DNA of 64,000 nt from Burkholderiales bacterium (lineage in GTDB: Bacteria > Pseudomonadota > Gammaproteobacteria > Burkholderiales > Eutrophovitaceae): the NCBI GenBank assembly GCA_028379895.1, contig JAOEKQ010000001.1:138329-202328 (forward strand). The letters are read 5' to 3'. Both the position numbers and the translations under genes were made by a program. This document shows positions 27,699 through 39,046 of the stretch, in pieces (position 1 is the stretch's first letter; each line of letters starts with the position of its first letter). Under the pieces are notes generated by a model. It saw only the letters and a list, made by a program, of their open reading frames with translations. It was not told the DNA's origin and ran no database searches.

Positions 27699-29804
27699 TT
27701 AATTTTTCACTGTTATCGAAAGTTCGGATAGGTCACCAACGCATTTGAGTAGAACGGATAGTTGGCTGAGTAGCGCTAGTCTATTGTCGCGCTCGGCTGG
27801 ATCATCCGACATGACCATTACTTTATCAAAGAAAAGGTCAACTTCCTTTCTCGCCGAGGATAAAGCTTCCAGTGCGTCTGGATAACGTCTTTGATTAATC
27901 GCTTCCATTACTTTCGGGGATAAAATTTGAATGACTTTGTATAAAGATACTTCTTCATCGGTACTGAAAAGCTGGAATTCCACTTGATGGTTGGTGTCGC
28001 CATTATTCTTTTTAAGAATATTTTTAATACGCTTATTCGCAGAGACCAGTGCGATCGCGTCGTCAGTTCGGAGGAACTCACTTAAAGCAGCTATACGCGG
28101 TTGTGCAAGGTGCAGATGATTTGAATCCGTTGCTAAAACCGCTTCGATTTTATCTATCGAATACCCCTTATCCTTGAGATATCCTTTAAATCGGTCGATG
28201 ATGAAATTTTTAATTTTCGATTTATCAATATTCGTTACTGATTTTTCTGAAAATTTTCCTACAGCCCAATTAATAATTTCTTGTAGGTTAAGCTCGACAG
28301 GATATTCAGTAAGGATCCTAACGATTCCTATTGCTTGTCGTCTTAATGCATAAGGATCTTTTTCGCCAGATGGAATGAGCCCAATTCCAAATATTCCGAC
28401 TATGATGTCAAGCTTATCTGCCAGCGCCAACGCGGCAGATATACCACTGTTCGGGATACTATCTTTAGCGAATCTTGGCCTGTAGTATTTTTCTAGTGCA
28501 TCCGCTATATCGGGGGCCTCTCCTTGAGCTAGAGCATAGTATCGTCCCATGGTGCCTTGTAATTCCGGAAATTCTCCAACCATGTCCGACACCAGGTCCG
28601 CTTTACACAGTTCGGCTGCCCTTGCAACCTTCAGACTATCAGTTCCTACGCAATCTGCTATTTGAACAGACAAATCGGATATGCGTGTGACTCGGTCCAA
28701 TTGGGATCCGAGCTGATTATGATAAATCACGTGTTCTAATCTGGCAGCAAGCTCGGAGAGCGGTGTTTCAATATCGCCTTGGTAGAAGAACTGCGCATCC
28801 GCTAGTCGTGGCCGGATAACTTTTTCATTTCCTTTGATGATGTTGCTTGGATCATCGAGCTTCATGTTACTGACTAATAAAAAGGTTTCTGACAATTTCC
28901 CATTTTTATCGAATAACGGGAAGTACTTTTGATTGGTCTTCATGGTCAGTACAAGGCATTCCTCAGGAATTGAGAGAAATTCTCTGTCAAATTGGGCAAC
29001 ATAAACTGCAGGAGACTCGACTAACGAGGTAACTTCCTCGAGAAGGTCTTCATCATTTTCAAGTGCCAGGCCTAATTGACCTGCTTCTTGGTTTAGTTGG
29101 TCAAGAATCAAACCCCTACGTTTATTATAGTCAGGAATTATTTGTCCTGACTCCTCTAGTATTGACTCATACAGCTCAGCACTGGCGATGGTAATGTCGC
29201 CTTTTGAGTGGAACCTATGACCGAGGGATGAATTTCCGCTGTTTAGTCCTAACGCTTGAATGGCAACCACTTGGTCATCTAGAAGTGCTACCAGGCGATG
29301 CGCTGGTCGAACGAAATTCACACTTTCCAAATTATTTTGCGGTTGGTAAGTCATCACCTTGGGAATGGGGAGATCCGATATCGAGATATCGATTGCTTTT
29401 TGTAACCCTTCTGCAATGGTTACACCTTGTTTTTTTTGGTTGAGAAAAATGAATTCCATTTTTCCGTCGTTTTTTACTTCGGTCTTCTTCGCGGCACTTT
29501 CATCTAGCCCAAGGGATTTAATTTTTTTTAACAACGCTTCCGACGGTCCGCCATTTTTGTCAAAGCCGACATGTGTCGGCATAAGTTTCTGATTAACAGT
29601 CTCTTCTGGTGATATACCCAGGACATCTTGGATGACAACAGCTAGTCGCCGCGGCGTTGCAAATGTCGAGTAGCGAGCTTCGTCAGTAACGAAATTTTGC
29701 TTTTTTAAGCTGGTAAAAATGCCTGAACCAAATGAGCTACCAAGTTTTTTTAGGGCTCTAGGAGGTAATTCCTCCGTTAGCAATTCAACGAGTAAGGTGG
29801 CCAT
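27699..29804 (-). CDS. glyS: Glycine--tRNA ligase beta subunit
   Basis: 701 aa beginning MATLLVELLTEELPP, immediately downstream of glyQ. Confidence 0.92.
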   Translation of the reverse strand: MATLLVELLTEELPPRALKKLGSSFGSGIFTSLKKQNFVTDEARYSTFATPRRLAVVIQDVLGISPEETVNQKLMPTHVGFDKNGGPSEALLKKIKSLGLDESAAKKTEVKNDGKMEFIFLNQKKQGVTIAEGLQKAIDISISDLPIPKVMTYQPQNNLESVNFVRPAHRLVALLDDQVVAIQALGLNSGNSSLGHRFHSKGDITIASAELYESILEESGQIIPDYNKRRGLILDQLNQEAGQLGLALENDEDLLEEVTSLVESPAVYVAQFDREFLSIPEECLVLTMKTNQKYFPLFDKNGKLSETFLLVSNMKLDDPSNIIKGNEKVIRPRLADAQFFYQGDIETPLSELAARLEHVIYHNQLGSQLDRVTRISDLSVQIADCVGTDSLKVARAAELCKADLVSDMVGEFPELQGTMGRYYALAQGEAPDIADALEKYYRPRFAKDSIPNSGISAALALADKLDIIVGIFGIGLIPSGEKDPYALRRQAIGIVRILTEYPVELNLQEIINWAVGKFSEKSVTNIDKSKIKNFIIDRFKGYLKDKGYSIDKIEAVLATDSNHLHLAQPRIAALSEFLRTDDAIALVSANKRIKNILKKNNGDTNHQVEFQLFSTDEEVSLYKVIQILSPKVMEAINQRRYPDALEALSSARKEVDLFFDKVMVMSDDPAERDNRLALLSQLSVLLKCVGDLSELSITVKN

Positions 29805-29815
29805 AAATTTGGTTA

Positions 29816-30766
29816 TTATGTTTGGGTAGAGGTATTTCTGCGAATTTCTAGAATTTCACTAACTTCTTCTTGAGAAATAAAGGCTTTGATCGCCTCATCG
29901 GAGGCACGCTCAAACCCTAGAGCTTTGCGTGATAATCGGTAAGTTCTTGCCGCCATTCTCGCGAGGGTGCGAACTCGCCCGATATAGCTCGAACGCTCTG
30001 TAACCGATATTGCTCCTCGGGCATCTAAAAGGTTAAAAGCATGAGAGCACTTCATGACAAGTTCATATCCGGGAAGAGGCAACGCAGACTCGAACATTGC
30101 GACTGCTTCTTTTTCAAAGGCATCAAAATTAGTAAAAAGTAAACCTGTATTTGCTTTTTCAAAATTATATGTTGATTGTTCTACTTCATTTTGATGATAG
30201 ACATCTCGGTATGTAATTCCAGGTGCCCAGTCCAAGTCGAACACGCTGTCTTTTGATTGAAGGTACATCGCTAGTCTCTCGAGTCCGTAGGTGATTTCCC
30301 CCATGACGGGTTTACAACTTATGCCACCGACTTCTTGAAAATAAGTAAATTGTGTAATTTCCATCCCATTAAGCCACACCTCCCACCCCAGTCCCCAGGC
30401 CCCAAGCGTTGGAGACTCCCAATCGTCCTCGACAAATCGAACGTCATGTTCGCGCGGGTTAATGCCAATAGTTTCAAGCGAACCCAAATAGAGTTCGAGA
30501 ATGTCAGATGGTGAAGGTTTGAGCACTACCTGGAATTGATAATAGTGTTGTAATCGATTTGGATTGGCGCCATATCTTCCATCCTTAGGTCTGCGTGATG
30601 GTTGCACGTAGGCGGCTTTCCAAGGTTCGGGCCCGATTGCTCTGAGAAATGTGGCGGTATGAAAAGTGCCAGCACCCACCTCTAAATCGTACGGTTGCAA
30701 GAGTGCACAGCCATGTGAACTCCAATATTTTTGAAGTTCTAAAATCATGTCTTGAAAGTAGACCAT
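29816..30766 (-). CDS. glyQ: Glycine--tRNA ligase alpha subunit
   Basis: 316 aa with [26 protein letters not shown] and [23 protein letters not shown]. Confidence 0.92.
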   Translation of the reverse strand: MVYFQDMILELQKYWSSHGCALLQPYDLEVGAGTFHTATFLRAIGPEPWKAAYVQPSRRPKDGRYGANPNRLQHYYQFQVVLKPSPSDILELYLGSLETIGINPREHDVRFVEDDWESPTLGAWGLGWEVWLNGMEITQFTYFQEVGGISCKPVMGEITYGLERLAMYLQSKDSVFDLDWAPGITYRDVYHQNEVEQSTYNFEKANTGLLFTNFDAFEKEAVAMFESALPLPGYELVMKCSHAFNLLDARGAISVTERSSYIGRVRTLARMAARTYRLSRKALGFERASDEAIKAFISQEEVSEILEIRRNTSTQT

Positions 30767-30818
30767 TTATAAACCTAAGAGATGAGTTACAAAAAGCAGA
30801 ATTATATAAGACATCATT

Positions 30819-32372
30819 TTACCTTTTTTCGGTTTTAGGCCAATACGATGTTGATTTTAAACCCAGTAAAAGGATGCTGAGAGATAAAAAGACGAATGCG
30901 AAATTTCCCCAACGGCTATAAGGCGTAATACCTTTGCGTCCATAAATTTCTGCTCGCAATACGCTCTCTGAAAATTCGGGTAATCGATTAGTAATATGGC
31001 CTCTATGATCAATAACAGCAGTGACGCCAGTATTAGTGACGCGTAGTAGCTCTCTGCCAGTCTCGATGGATCTGGCTTGAGCAATTTGAAGGTGTTGCTG
31101 AGGACCAAGGGACTCCCCCCACCAGGCGTCATTCGTAAAGTTTGCGAGCAAAGTAGCTTCAGGGAGCTGCCGTATGATTTCCTCGCCAAACACATCTTCG
31201 TAGCAAATGTCGACCCCAAGAACTTGCTTACCTAGGTCGAACGGTTCTTGATTGGCAGCCCCGGGAGAAAAGTTCGACATGGGAATTGAAAGGTAGCCAA
31301 GTAGTGCAGAAGTAATAGATCGCATTGGAAAGTAATCGCCGAAAGGAACAAGATGGTGTTTACGATAACGATTGGTTCCCTCACTACCTATGTGGATCAC
31401 GCTATTGTAGAACTTGCCCTCTTCTGACTTTTCCGGAATACCCAATACAATATGCGAATTATAGTTCTGCGCATGCTCGCGGAGTGCTTTCCAATACCAC
31501 TCAGGGACATTGGTAGAGAGTAACGGAATCGCTGTTTCTGGGAGAAGTATAAGGTCACTTTTTTCTTTGCGGACCAAATCAAGGTACGTCATCATTGTTT
31601 TGTTGAGCCATTCGGGAGTCCATTTCACATCCTGAGATATGTTCCCTTGAAGCAAGGAAACCGTCGTGGCTTGTTGGCTGATTTTTTCCGTCCATTGAAT
31701 TAGTCCCAAGCCTATCGATAGGAACAGGATAAGGGCGGGTAGTATTATCCCGATTTTCCAATGTGGTTTTGGTCCGACTAACGTCAGATTTTTAAAAAGA
31801 TAGCCGAGGCTCCCCGAGCAAAGAGTACATGCAAGTGTCACCCCGTAAATGCCAAGTACCGGCGCGTAGTTTGAAAGTGGGCTCATCGGTATTTGTGAGT
31901 AGCCGATGGATAGCCACGGGAACCCGGTTAAAAACCACCCTCTACACCAGTCTGATAGAGCAAGTCCGATTGGTAATGCGACTAATAATCGTCTGTGCGG
32001 AGAGGACACTAGCTTAGCAAGCAGTGTTTGGATAACTGCGGGTGGCAGAGCGAAAATTACACTGAGAAAAACAGTGCCAAGCATTGCTAAGAGGGGGTGC
32101 ATACCCCCAAATTTATGGAGACTGACATAGATCCAACTTGTCCCAGATATCAGAAGTCCGAATGAAAAAAAGAACGATATTACGAATATTTTGGTGACTT
32201 TTTGCGCGTGCAGTATGAAGAATAATAATGCGCAGGTGAGTATGGGAATTAAAAAAACTGATAAAGGCGCGAATCCCAGAACTGTGATGGCTCCTAGGAT
32301 GAATGCCGAAACGTTAGGCCGCTTTGTTAACGCATGTGCAACTAACGTGAATATTTTAGGGTTTTGGATCAA
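30819..32372 (-). CDS. lnt: Apolipoprotein N-acyltransferase
   Basis: 517 aa with an N-terminal polytopic region and C-terminal nitrilase-like domain (LPETA, CYEDVFGEE). Confidence 0.88.
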   Translation of the reverse strand: MIQNPKIFTLVAHALTKRPNVSAFILGAITVLGFAPLSVFLIPILTCALLFFILHAQKVTKIFVISFFFSFGLLISGTSWIYVSLHKFGGMHPLLAMLGTVFLSVIFALPPAVIQTLLAKLVSSPHRRLLVALPIGLALSDWCRGWFLTGFPWLSIGYSQIPMSPLSNYAPVLGIYGVTLACTLCSGSLGYLFKNLTLVGPKPHWKIGIILPALILFLSIGLGLIQWTEKISQQATTVSLLQGNISQDVKWTPEWLNKTMMTYLDLVRKEKSDLILLPETAIPLLSTNVPEWYWKALREHAQNYNSHIVLGIPEKSEEGKFYNSVIHIGSEGTNRYRKHHLVPFGDYFPMRSITSALLGYLSIPMSNFSPGAANQEPFDLGKQVLGVDICYEDVFGEEIIRQLPEATLLANFTNDAWWGESLGPQQHLQIAQARSIETGRELLRVTNTGVTAVIDHRGHITNRLPEFSESVLRAEIYGRKGITPYSRWGNFAFVFLSLSILLLGLKSTSYWPKTEKR

Positions 32373-33195
32373 TCTTAATTTTTTCTACCAAAAGCGCGTG
32401 AACCCTTCTGCTATCTGATCGCGTCACTGTGATACTGAGCTCACCAATTTTAATTTCCTCACCAATTTCTGGCAGTTTGCCGAGATGAGCCAACACTAAA
32501 CCGCCTATCGTGTCGAAGTCTTTGTCGGGAAAGTTTGTACCGAAGTGATTATTTATATCTGAGATCTCCGTTACTGCCTTAATTCGAAAGCGACCGAACT
32601 TATCCTCCAATATGTTTGCCTCAGATTCATCGAAATCGTATTCATCCTCAATCTCCCCAACAATTTGCTCGAGTACGTCCTCTATCGTGATGAGCCCTGC
32701 GACCCCGCTATATTCATCCACGACTATAGCCATGTGATTTCTGTTGCTTCGAAACTCTTTGAGTAGAACATTGAGTGGTTTCGATTCGGGAATGAATACC
32801 GCTGGTCTTAACATGTCTCTAAGGTCGAACGATCCAGGGTCTTTGTAATAACGCAACAGGTCTTTGGCGAGCAAAATACCTAAAATTTCATCTTTATTAT
32901 TTTCGAAAACAGGAAATCTAGAGTGATTGGTCTCAACCGCCAAGCCAATAATATCCGTCATAGGAGACTTAATGTCTGCCATGTAACATTGAGATCTGGG
33001 AATCATAATGTCTCGTGCCGTCATCTCCGAGACCTGTAAAACGCCCTCGAGCATGGAAAGCGCATCGGAGTCGAGGAGATTCTTCTCAAATGATGCATGC
33101 AGCAATTCAATTAGTTCTTCTTTGTCCTCAGGCTCCCGGACTATAAAGTGGGCAATTTTTTCTAGCCAACTAGATTTTTTGATAAGTTTATTCAT
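32356..33195 (-). CDS. corC: CorC/HlyC-family CBS-domain Mg/Co efflux-associated protein
   Basis: 279 aa with a CBS pair and CorC_HlyC C-domain, in the ybeY-corC-lnt context. Confidence 0.85.
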   Translation of the reverse strand: MNKLIKKSSWLEKIAHFIVREPEDKEELIELLHASFEKNLLDSDALSMLEGVLQVSEMTARDIMIPRSQCYMADIKSPMTDIIGLAVETNHSRFPVFENNKDEILGILLAKDLLRYYKDPGSFDLRDMLRPAVFIPESKPLNVLLKEFRSNRNHMAIVVDEYSGVAGLITIEDVLEQIVGEIEDEYDFDESEANILEDKFGRFRIKAVTEISDINNHFGTNFPDKDFDTIGGLVLAHLGKLPEIGEEIKIGELSITVTRSDSRRVHALLVEKIKIDPKP

Positions 33196-33653
33196 AATGA
33201 GTTCGAGGTGATGCTGTATTCATATGGGTTAGGTATTCCCATTTTTCCCAGGATATCAATTTCCATACCTTCCATAATTTCTCTTTCAGTTTCCTCTTCA
33301 TGCCCGAAATCCTGAAAGTGTAGCGTTGCATGTACACAAAGGTGTGCGAAATGGTTATGAAAGGTTTTTTGCTGTTTTACGGCCTCCCTCTGGATGACGG
33401 GAATGCAAAGTGCAATATCCGCAGACAAAGGTGTTGTTTCTTCATAAGGGAAAGTGAGGACGTTCGTCGCTTTATCTCGAGCCCGGAAGTGGCGGTTGAG
33501 CTCTCGACCTTCCATCTCGTCAATAAGTCGAAGTGTAACATTTGCATCTTCTAACAGCGAAGCTAGAATCCAACGTCGCATATCTCGTTTACTTGGAATT
33601 CCCAGCCACGATTCGCATTTTTGAATAACCAGTTCTAGTTTGATCTTGCTCAT
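33192..33653 (-). CDS. ybeY: rRNA maturation endoribonuclease YbeY
   Basis: 153 aa with metal-binding HATLHFQDFGH (HxxxHxxxxxH). Confidence 0.88.
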   Translation of the reverse strand: MSKIKLELVIQKCESWLGIPSKRDMRRWILASLLEDANVTLRLIDEMEGRELNRHFRARDKATNVLTFPYEETTPLSADIALCIPVIQREAVKQQKTFHNHFAHLCVHATLHFQDFGHEEETEREIMEGMEIDILGKMGIPNPYEYSITSNSL

Positions 33654-33662
33654 AAAGGGCGT

Positions 33663-34610
33663 TTATTCATCAGATCTGGCGGCCGCGTAGGCTTTGACTA
33701 TTCTTTGAACTAGGGGATGCCTGACCACATCTTCTGACTCAAATCGAGTGAATGCGATACCTTTTACTTTTTTAAGAATCGCATCAGCTTCGTTCAGTCC
33801 GCTTTTTTGTCCTTTTGGAAGATCAATTTGAGTGTTATCCCCTGTCACAACAGCGCGACTGCCAAATCCCATTCGTGTTAGGAACATTTTCATTTGCTCT
33901 GGCGTTGTATTTTGTGCCTCGTCGAGAATGATGAATGCATCATTCAGTGTTCTTCCGCGCATGTATGCAAGTGGTGCGATTTCGATGGCATTACGCTCAA
34001 ATAGTTTCCCGACTTTTTCATATCCCATTAAATCGTGAAGAGAATCATATAAAGGTCGTAGATATGGATCTACTTTTTGACTTAGGTCCCCCGGCAGGAA
34101 ACCAAGTCTTTCCCCAGCCTCGACGGCAGGTCTGACTAAGACGATACGTTTTACATTTCCCCGTTCAAATGAATCTACAGCTGATGCGACTGCCAAGTAG
34201 GTCTTTCCAGTGCCGGCTGGCCCTATCCCAAAAGTAATATCATAAGATTGAATTTGCCTTAAATATTGGGTTTGACGGGGAGTTCTCCCTCGAAGGTCTC
34301 GTCGTCTCGTTTGTAAAACGATCCCCGACTCCTCATCACCTGCTTTAACCTTTCGAGTGATTTCGACAATACCCAGCTGAATATCCTTTGTATCGAGATG
34401 GCGGCGTGAGGATTCATACAATAACGAAAGCGTATCTGCGCCAACTTGAATAGTGTCGCTGTTACCACTAAGGGTGAAGATTTCGCCCTTACGGATAATC
34501 TTAATGTTAAGTTCCTGCGCTATTTCCTTAAGGTTTGCATCAAGTGCGCCACACATGTTTGCAAGCCTAGCGTTATCAACTGGTACAAATGCGATTTCGG
34601 TAGTATCCAA
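33663..34610 (-). CDS. ybeZ: PhoH-like ATPase (YbeZ)
   Basis: 315 aa with Walker A GPAGTGKTYLA and IILDEAQN. Confidence 0.88.
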   Translation of the reverse strand: MDTTEIAFVPVDNARLANMCGALDANLKEIAQELNIKIIRKGEIFTLSGNSDTIQVGADTLSLLYESSRRHLDTKDIQLGIVEITRKVKAGDEESGIVLQTRRRDLRGRTPRQTQYLRQIQSYDITFGIGPAGTGKTYLAVASAVDSFERGNVKRIVLVRPAVEAGERLGFLPGDLSQKVDPYLRPLYDSLHDLMGYEKVGKLFERNAIEIAPLAYMRGRTLNDAFIILDEAQNTTPEQMKMFLTRMGFGSRAVVTGDNTQIDLPKGQKSGLNEADAILKKVKGIAFTRFESEDVVRHPLVQRIVKAYAAARSDE

Positions 34611-34661
34611 TCTTAAATGATCCTATCTTTGAACAACAATAATTAGTATATCGGAAGACGA

Positions 34662-35987
34662 TTAATTTCTGGTAATTACGGTGCCTCGAAGCGAATTCGG
34701 TAGTGCTTCAGTTACTTTAATTTTAACTGTATGACCAATCAGGCGTTCTTGCCCATCAAAGTTGACCACCTTATTGTTATTTGTTCTTCCAGAGAGCTTG
34801 GATGGATCTTTTTTCGAGAAACCTTCTACCAACACATCAAATTCACCTCCAACCATTTGTTCACTGTATCGAAAGGCGTTCTCACTTAGTTTGTCTTGGA
34901 GTCGGCCCAATCGCTGTTTCTTGATTAATAAAGGGACGTGGTCAGGGAGCGCTGCCGCAGGAGTACCGGGTCGCGGACTGTACATGAAGCTAAAGCTGCC
35001 ATCAAATTTTACTTCGTCTACGAGACTCATTGTCTCTTCGAAGTCCGAATCTGTTTCTCCCGGAAAGCCCACGATAAAGTCTGAGCTTATTGAAACAGTG
35101 CTTCGAGCACTCTTCAATTCGTTAATGATCTTTACATAATCTTTACGTGTATAGCCGCGTTTCATCGCCTCCAGCACTTTATTAGAGCCAGACTGAACAG
35201 GAAGATGTACGTGATCGACAAGCTTAGGTAGCTTACGGTAACTGTCAATTAATGCCGCTGAGAATTCTTTAGGATGTGATGTGGTAAATCTAATTCTTTC
35301 AACCCCAGGAACTTCAGAGACATAGTCTAAGAGGGTGGCAAAATCAATAGTCTCGTTTTCCTGTTCGTGAAAATAGGCATTAACATTTTGTCCTAGCAAT
35401 GTGATTTCTTTGACACCCTGAGTTGCTAATGTCGCCACTTCTATAAGAACGTCTTCGAAGGGTCTCGATATCTCTTCACCTCGAGTGTAAGGAACCACGC
35501 AGAAGGTACAGTATTTGCTGCATCCTTCCATGATTGAAACCATCGCAGACTGACTTGTGGTAATAGGGGTTGGTAGATGATCGAATTTTTCAACCTCTGG
35601 AAAAGAAATATCGATTTGAGATTTCCCCTTTTTTTGCCGCTCCGCCAGTAAGGACGGTAGCCTATGTATTGTTTGAGGGCCAAATACAAAATCTACATAG
35701 GGTGCTCGTGAAATAATAACTTTTCCTTCTTGTGAGGCTACGCAGCCACCTACGCCTATTCTGACATTGGGTTTAGCTTCTTTTAAATGTCGAACCCGAC
35801 CCAAGTCGCTGAATACTTTTTCCTGAGCTTTTTCGCGAACAGAGCATGTATTGAATAGTATTAAATCTGCTTCTTCGACTTTTGTGGTTTTTTCGTATCC
35901 ATCGCTCGCACGCAATACATCGACCATTTTTTCAGAATCATATTCATTCATTTGGCATCCGAAAGTTCGGACGTAAACTTTTTTCAT
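34662..35987 (-). CDS. miaB: tRNA-2-methylthio-N6-dimethylallyladenosine synthase
   Basis: 441 aa with an N-terminal FGCQMN...NTCSVR cluster, radical-SAM [11 protein letters not shown] and a TRAM C-terminus. Confidence 0.92.
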   Translation of the reverse strand: MKKVYVRTFGCQMNEYDSEKMVDVLRASDGYEKTTKVEEADLILFNTCSVREKAQEKVFSDLGRVRHLKEAKPNVRIGVGGCVASQEGKVIISRAPYVDFVFGPQTIHRLPSLLAERQKKGKSQIDISFPEVEKFDHLPTPITTSQSAMVSIMEGCSKYCTFCVVPYTRGEEISRPFEDVLIEVATLATQGVKEITLLGQNVNAYFHEQENETIDFATLLDYVSEVPGVERIRFTTSHPKEFSAALIDSYRKLPKLVDHVHLPVQSGSNKVLEAMKRGYTRKDYVKIINELKSARSTVSISSDFIVGFPGETDSDFEETMSLVDEVKFDGSFSFMYSPRPGTPAAALPDHVPLLIKKQRLGRLQDKLSENAFRYSEQMVGGEFDVLVEGFSKKDPSKLSGRTNNNKVVNFDGQERLIGHTVKIKVTEALPNSLRGTVITRN

Positions 35988-36205
35988 AGGTGTACTACGC
36001 TGTGAGGCTTATCAGAAGTTAATCCTCAATTTTACAAGAATGAGCGATCATGAGGTGGTTTTAAAATTTGAAACCACTACGGCGCATCTATGAAAACTAA
36101 ACGACCCGATTAAGTCCACCGGCACTAACCGTCCCTTATAACGGGGGTTATTGGTATAAACTATTTCAATCCATAAGTATCAACATATTTGGTTAAATTG
36201 ATGTG

Positions 36206-36904
36206 ATGACATTTAGACAAACTTTACAATTTATCTCTAGGTTTAGACGTGCGTATTTGTCGCCTACGAAAGCACTAACCTCATATTCACAGTGTGCAGA
36301 GGACTTAATCGTAAAGATGTTCTTGCAAGTCGGCCTCTCAAAAGCAAAAGGGTATTATGTGGACGTAGGCTGTCACCATCCGAGACGGGGCTCCAATACA
36401 TTTGGATTCTATAAAGCGGGCTGGAACGGAATATTAATTGATATGGAGGAAGACAAGGTCCGTGTAGCTAAAATGGCTCGAAAAAGGGATCTGGTCGTTC
36501 AATCGGCCATCAGTGATCGAGTCGAAACGTTAAACATTTATAGTCCTGGCGAGTTTTCGACGAATGCGACAATCGACCCTGAGGTGGTTGCTCAACATCC
36601 AGAGTATCGCCGCGTAAATGACATCACGACTGAAACGCTTACAGAAATATTAGATAGATGTGATTGTCCCAAAAAATTTGAGTTTTTAAACATTGACTGT
36701 GAAGGTAATGATTTTCGGGTGCTTAAGGGATTATCTTTGCGTAAATATGAGCCGAAAGTGATCTGTATCGAAATTTGGGAATCGAAAACGGGTTTGGACG
36801 ACATGATAGCCAGCGACATTCATCAACACCTAGTAAGTCTTGATTATGAACTGCGCAGTTGGGCAGTTTTTTCTGCGATTTACGTTAAGGCGGCAGTTTC
36901 GTGA
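36206..36904 (+). CDS. FkbM-family SAM-dependent methyltransferase
   Basis: YSQCAEDLIV, GYYVDVGCHHPRRGSNT and FLNIDCEGNDFRVLKG resemble the FkbM/Methyltransf_21 pattern. Confidence 0.7.
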   Translation: MTFRQTLQFISRFRRAYLSPTKALTSYSQCAEDLIVKMFLQVGLSKAKGYYVDVGCHHPRRGSNTFGFYKAGWNGILIDMEEDKVRVAKMARKRDLVVQSAISDRVETLNIYSPGEFSTNATIDPEVVAQHPEYRRVNDITTETLTEILDRCDCPKKFEFLNIDCEGNDFRVLKGLSLRKYEPKVICIEIWESKTGLDDMIASDIHQHLVSLDYELRSWAVFSAIYVKAAVS

Positions 36905-36935
36905 GCGAGGTGGTTATTAATTTTTTTAGAGGGAT

Positions 36936-37012
<77 letters not shown>

Positions 37013-37115
37013 ACATGTCTTACTTAAAGTTGGGCCGGCAGATTACTGTCAAGCCTGAGAATTGTCAAGGAAGGTATTTTGAGCACTGAATTCAGATGGT
37101 CGGTAAACTTATCTT

Positions 37116-38270
37116 ATGACTGATTATGATGTATTAATCGCCGGCGCCGGTCTTTCTGGTAGCGCCACGGCTGTAGCCTTGTCGCGGTTAGGTCTGCGGG
37201 TAGCTTTGATTGACGCAAATATTCAACCCGATAGCGATTCACATGAACCATTAGCTCGCAAAGGTTTCGAAAATCGAGTTTTTGCAATTCGTCCTGCCAT
37301 CAAGAGCTTTTTAACCGATGAGCGACTTTGGAATAATATTGCCGCAGACAGAACCCAATGCGTTACGCGAATGCATATTGATGGCGACGACCGGAAGCGA
37401 CTGACTTTAGGCGCTCATGATGCGGGCATCCTAGAATTAGCAACAATTGTTGAGAGTGATAATCTACGGCGCTCCATTTGCGCACGTTTAGATGACTCGG
37501 TCGTTCGACTTCAGAGTGAAATACATACAATCGAACAGGACCCCGGTTTTGTTACGGTCGTTACTTCGGACGGTCAGATAAGCTGTAAATTATTGGTGGC
37601 GGCGGATGGAGCTAACTCATTAGTCCGACGCCAATGTGGCATCAGTGTAAGCGAGCGCAATTATAAGTACACGGGCATAGTTGCAAATTTTACAGTGGAG
37701 AGGTCACATCGAGACGCGGCTTATCAGTGGATGGGCGCCGAGGGCGTCATAGCTTATTTACCTTTACCTGGAAACTTGGTATCGATTGTTTGGTCTGCTT
37801 GTGATGAGTTCGCACAGCAATTAGATGAGGACGTTTTACCAAAGGAGCTAGCAAAGAGATACGATCCGTTAGGTATAGTCGATTTAGTGAGTGGTATTGG
37901 GCGATTCCCGTTACGTAGAGTGTTGCCTCAAACATTAGCTCGTGGGAGGGTGGTGCTAGTTGGTGATGCTGCCCATCAGTTCTTGCCTTTGGCAGGACAA
38001 GGACTAAATATCGGTTTGGCCGATACAGCGAAACTAACCGAGCTAATAAAGGAGCATGGTTTAGAGGACCCCGGAGCTTTATCTGTGGTAAATCGCTATC
38101 GTCGTGCAAGAAAAGAAGAGGTCGAGAGCTTTACGTATTTCACGGAGTCGATGCATGACTTGGCCGTTAGCAGGTCCAGTTTTTGTCGGTCTCTTCATGA
38201 TTTCGGATTTGGGGCCGTCGGCCGTGTAGGCGCGCTAAGACGGTTTTTGATTCAAAAAGCTGTAGGGTAA
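37116..38270 (+). CDS. FAD-dependent monooxygenase, UbiH/UbiF/VisC/Coq6 family
   Basis: N-terminal YDVLIAGAGLSGSATA (GxGxxG), DGANS and VVLVGDAAH motifs. Confidence 0.8.
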   Translation: MTDYDVLIAGAGLSGSATAVALSRLGLRVALIDANIQPDSDSHEPLARKGFENRVFAIRPAIKSFLTDERLWNNIAADRTQCVTRMHIDGDDRKRLTLGAHDAGILELATIVESDNLRRSICARLDDSVVRLQSEIHTIEQDPGFVTVVTSDGQISCKLLVAADGANSLVRRQCGISVSERNYKYTGIVANFTVERSHRDAAYQWMGAEGVIAYLPLPGNLVSIVWSACDEFAQQLDEDVLPKELAKRYDPLGIVDLVSGIGRFPLRRVLPQTLARGRVVLVGDAAHQFLPLAGQGLNIGLADTAKLTELIKEHGLEDPGALSVVNRYRRARKEEVESFTYFTESMHDLAVSRSSFCRSLHDFGFGAVGRVGALRRFLIQKAVG

Positions 38271-38295
38271 CTAAAGTTTATTTGAAAGGTGAGAA

Positions 38296-39024
38296 ATGCA
38301 TAAATACTTCATGTTCTTTTTAATTTGTTTGATGGGTAGCGCTTTCGCTGATGAGGGTACGTTAGAAGATAGAATTCGTGACAGGTTTCCGACTGCGTCT
38401 ATAGATGCCATTTCTGAGACTGAAATTATGGGGCTTTATGAGATAGTCATCAGCGGTTCAATTTACTACGTCGATGAGAATTTTACCTATCTATTCGATG
38501 GTAATTTAATCGAGTTAAGTACGATGAGAAACGTAACCTCGGAGAGGGTCTCCGAAATTGAGGCCGCTGAATTACAAAAAGTTTCGATGCCGTTTGCTGA
38601 GTTACCTTTTGAGATGGCGATCAAGCGTGTATATGGCACTGGTGAGCGAGAGTTTGCTTATTTTGCAGACCCTAATTGTGGATACTGTCGTAAGTTCGAC
38701 GAGGAAACTTTGGGAAATATTACTGACGCGACCTTATATTTGTTTCTGTATCCAGTCATTAGTGAGCGTTCCATTCCCATTTCCAAAGCGATCTGGTGCT
38801 CCGCTGATGCCGGTCAAGCATGGGATGACTTTATATTTCATGGTGTGAGCCCGCAGGTGGATGATGGGTGCAATAACCCGATCGACGAGATAGTTGATTT
38901 CGGAAAAAAAATGTTGGTTAGGGCAACGCCCACATTATTTTTTAGTGATGGTTCAAGGGCAAGTGGTGCGCTGAATTTGGAGCAGTTGGAAGGGCGATTA
39001 ACGGCCTCAGGTGGCGCTAATTAA
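38296..39024 (+). CDS. dsbC: Periplasmic thiol:disulfide interchange protein DsbC/DsbG-like
   Basis: Signal peptide, an N-terminal dimerisation-type region, the thioredoxin motif FADPNCGYCRKF and TPTLFF. Confidence 0.8.
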   Translation: MHKYFMFFLICLMGSAFADEGTLEDRIRDRFPTASIDAISETEIMGLYEIVISGSIYYVDENFTYLFDGNLIELSTMRNVTSERVSEIEAAELQKVSMPFAELPFEMAIKRVYGTGEREFAYFADPNCGYCRKFDEETLGNITDATLYLFLYPVISERSIPISKAIWCSADAGQAWDDFIFHGVSPQVDDGCNNPIDEIVDFGKKMLVRATPTLFFSDGSRASGALNLEQLEGRLTASGGAN

Positions 39025-39046
39025 CCAGCGTTTTCTAATTCCTCGT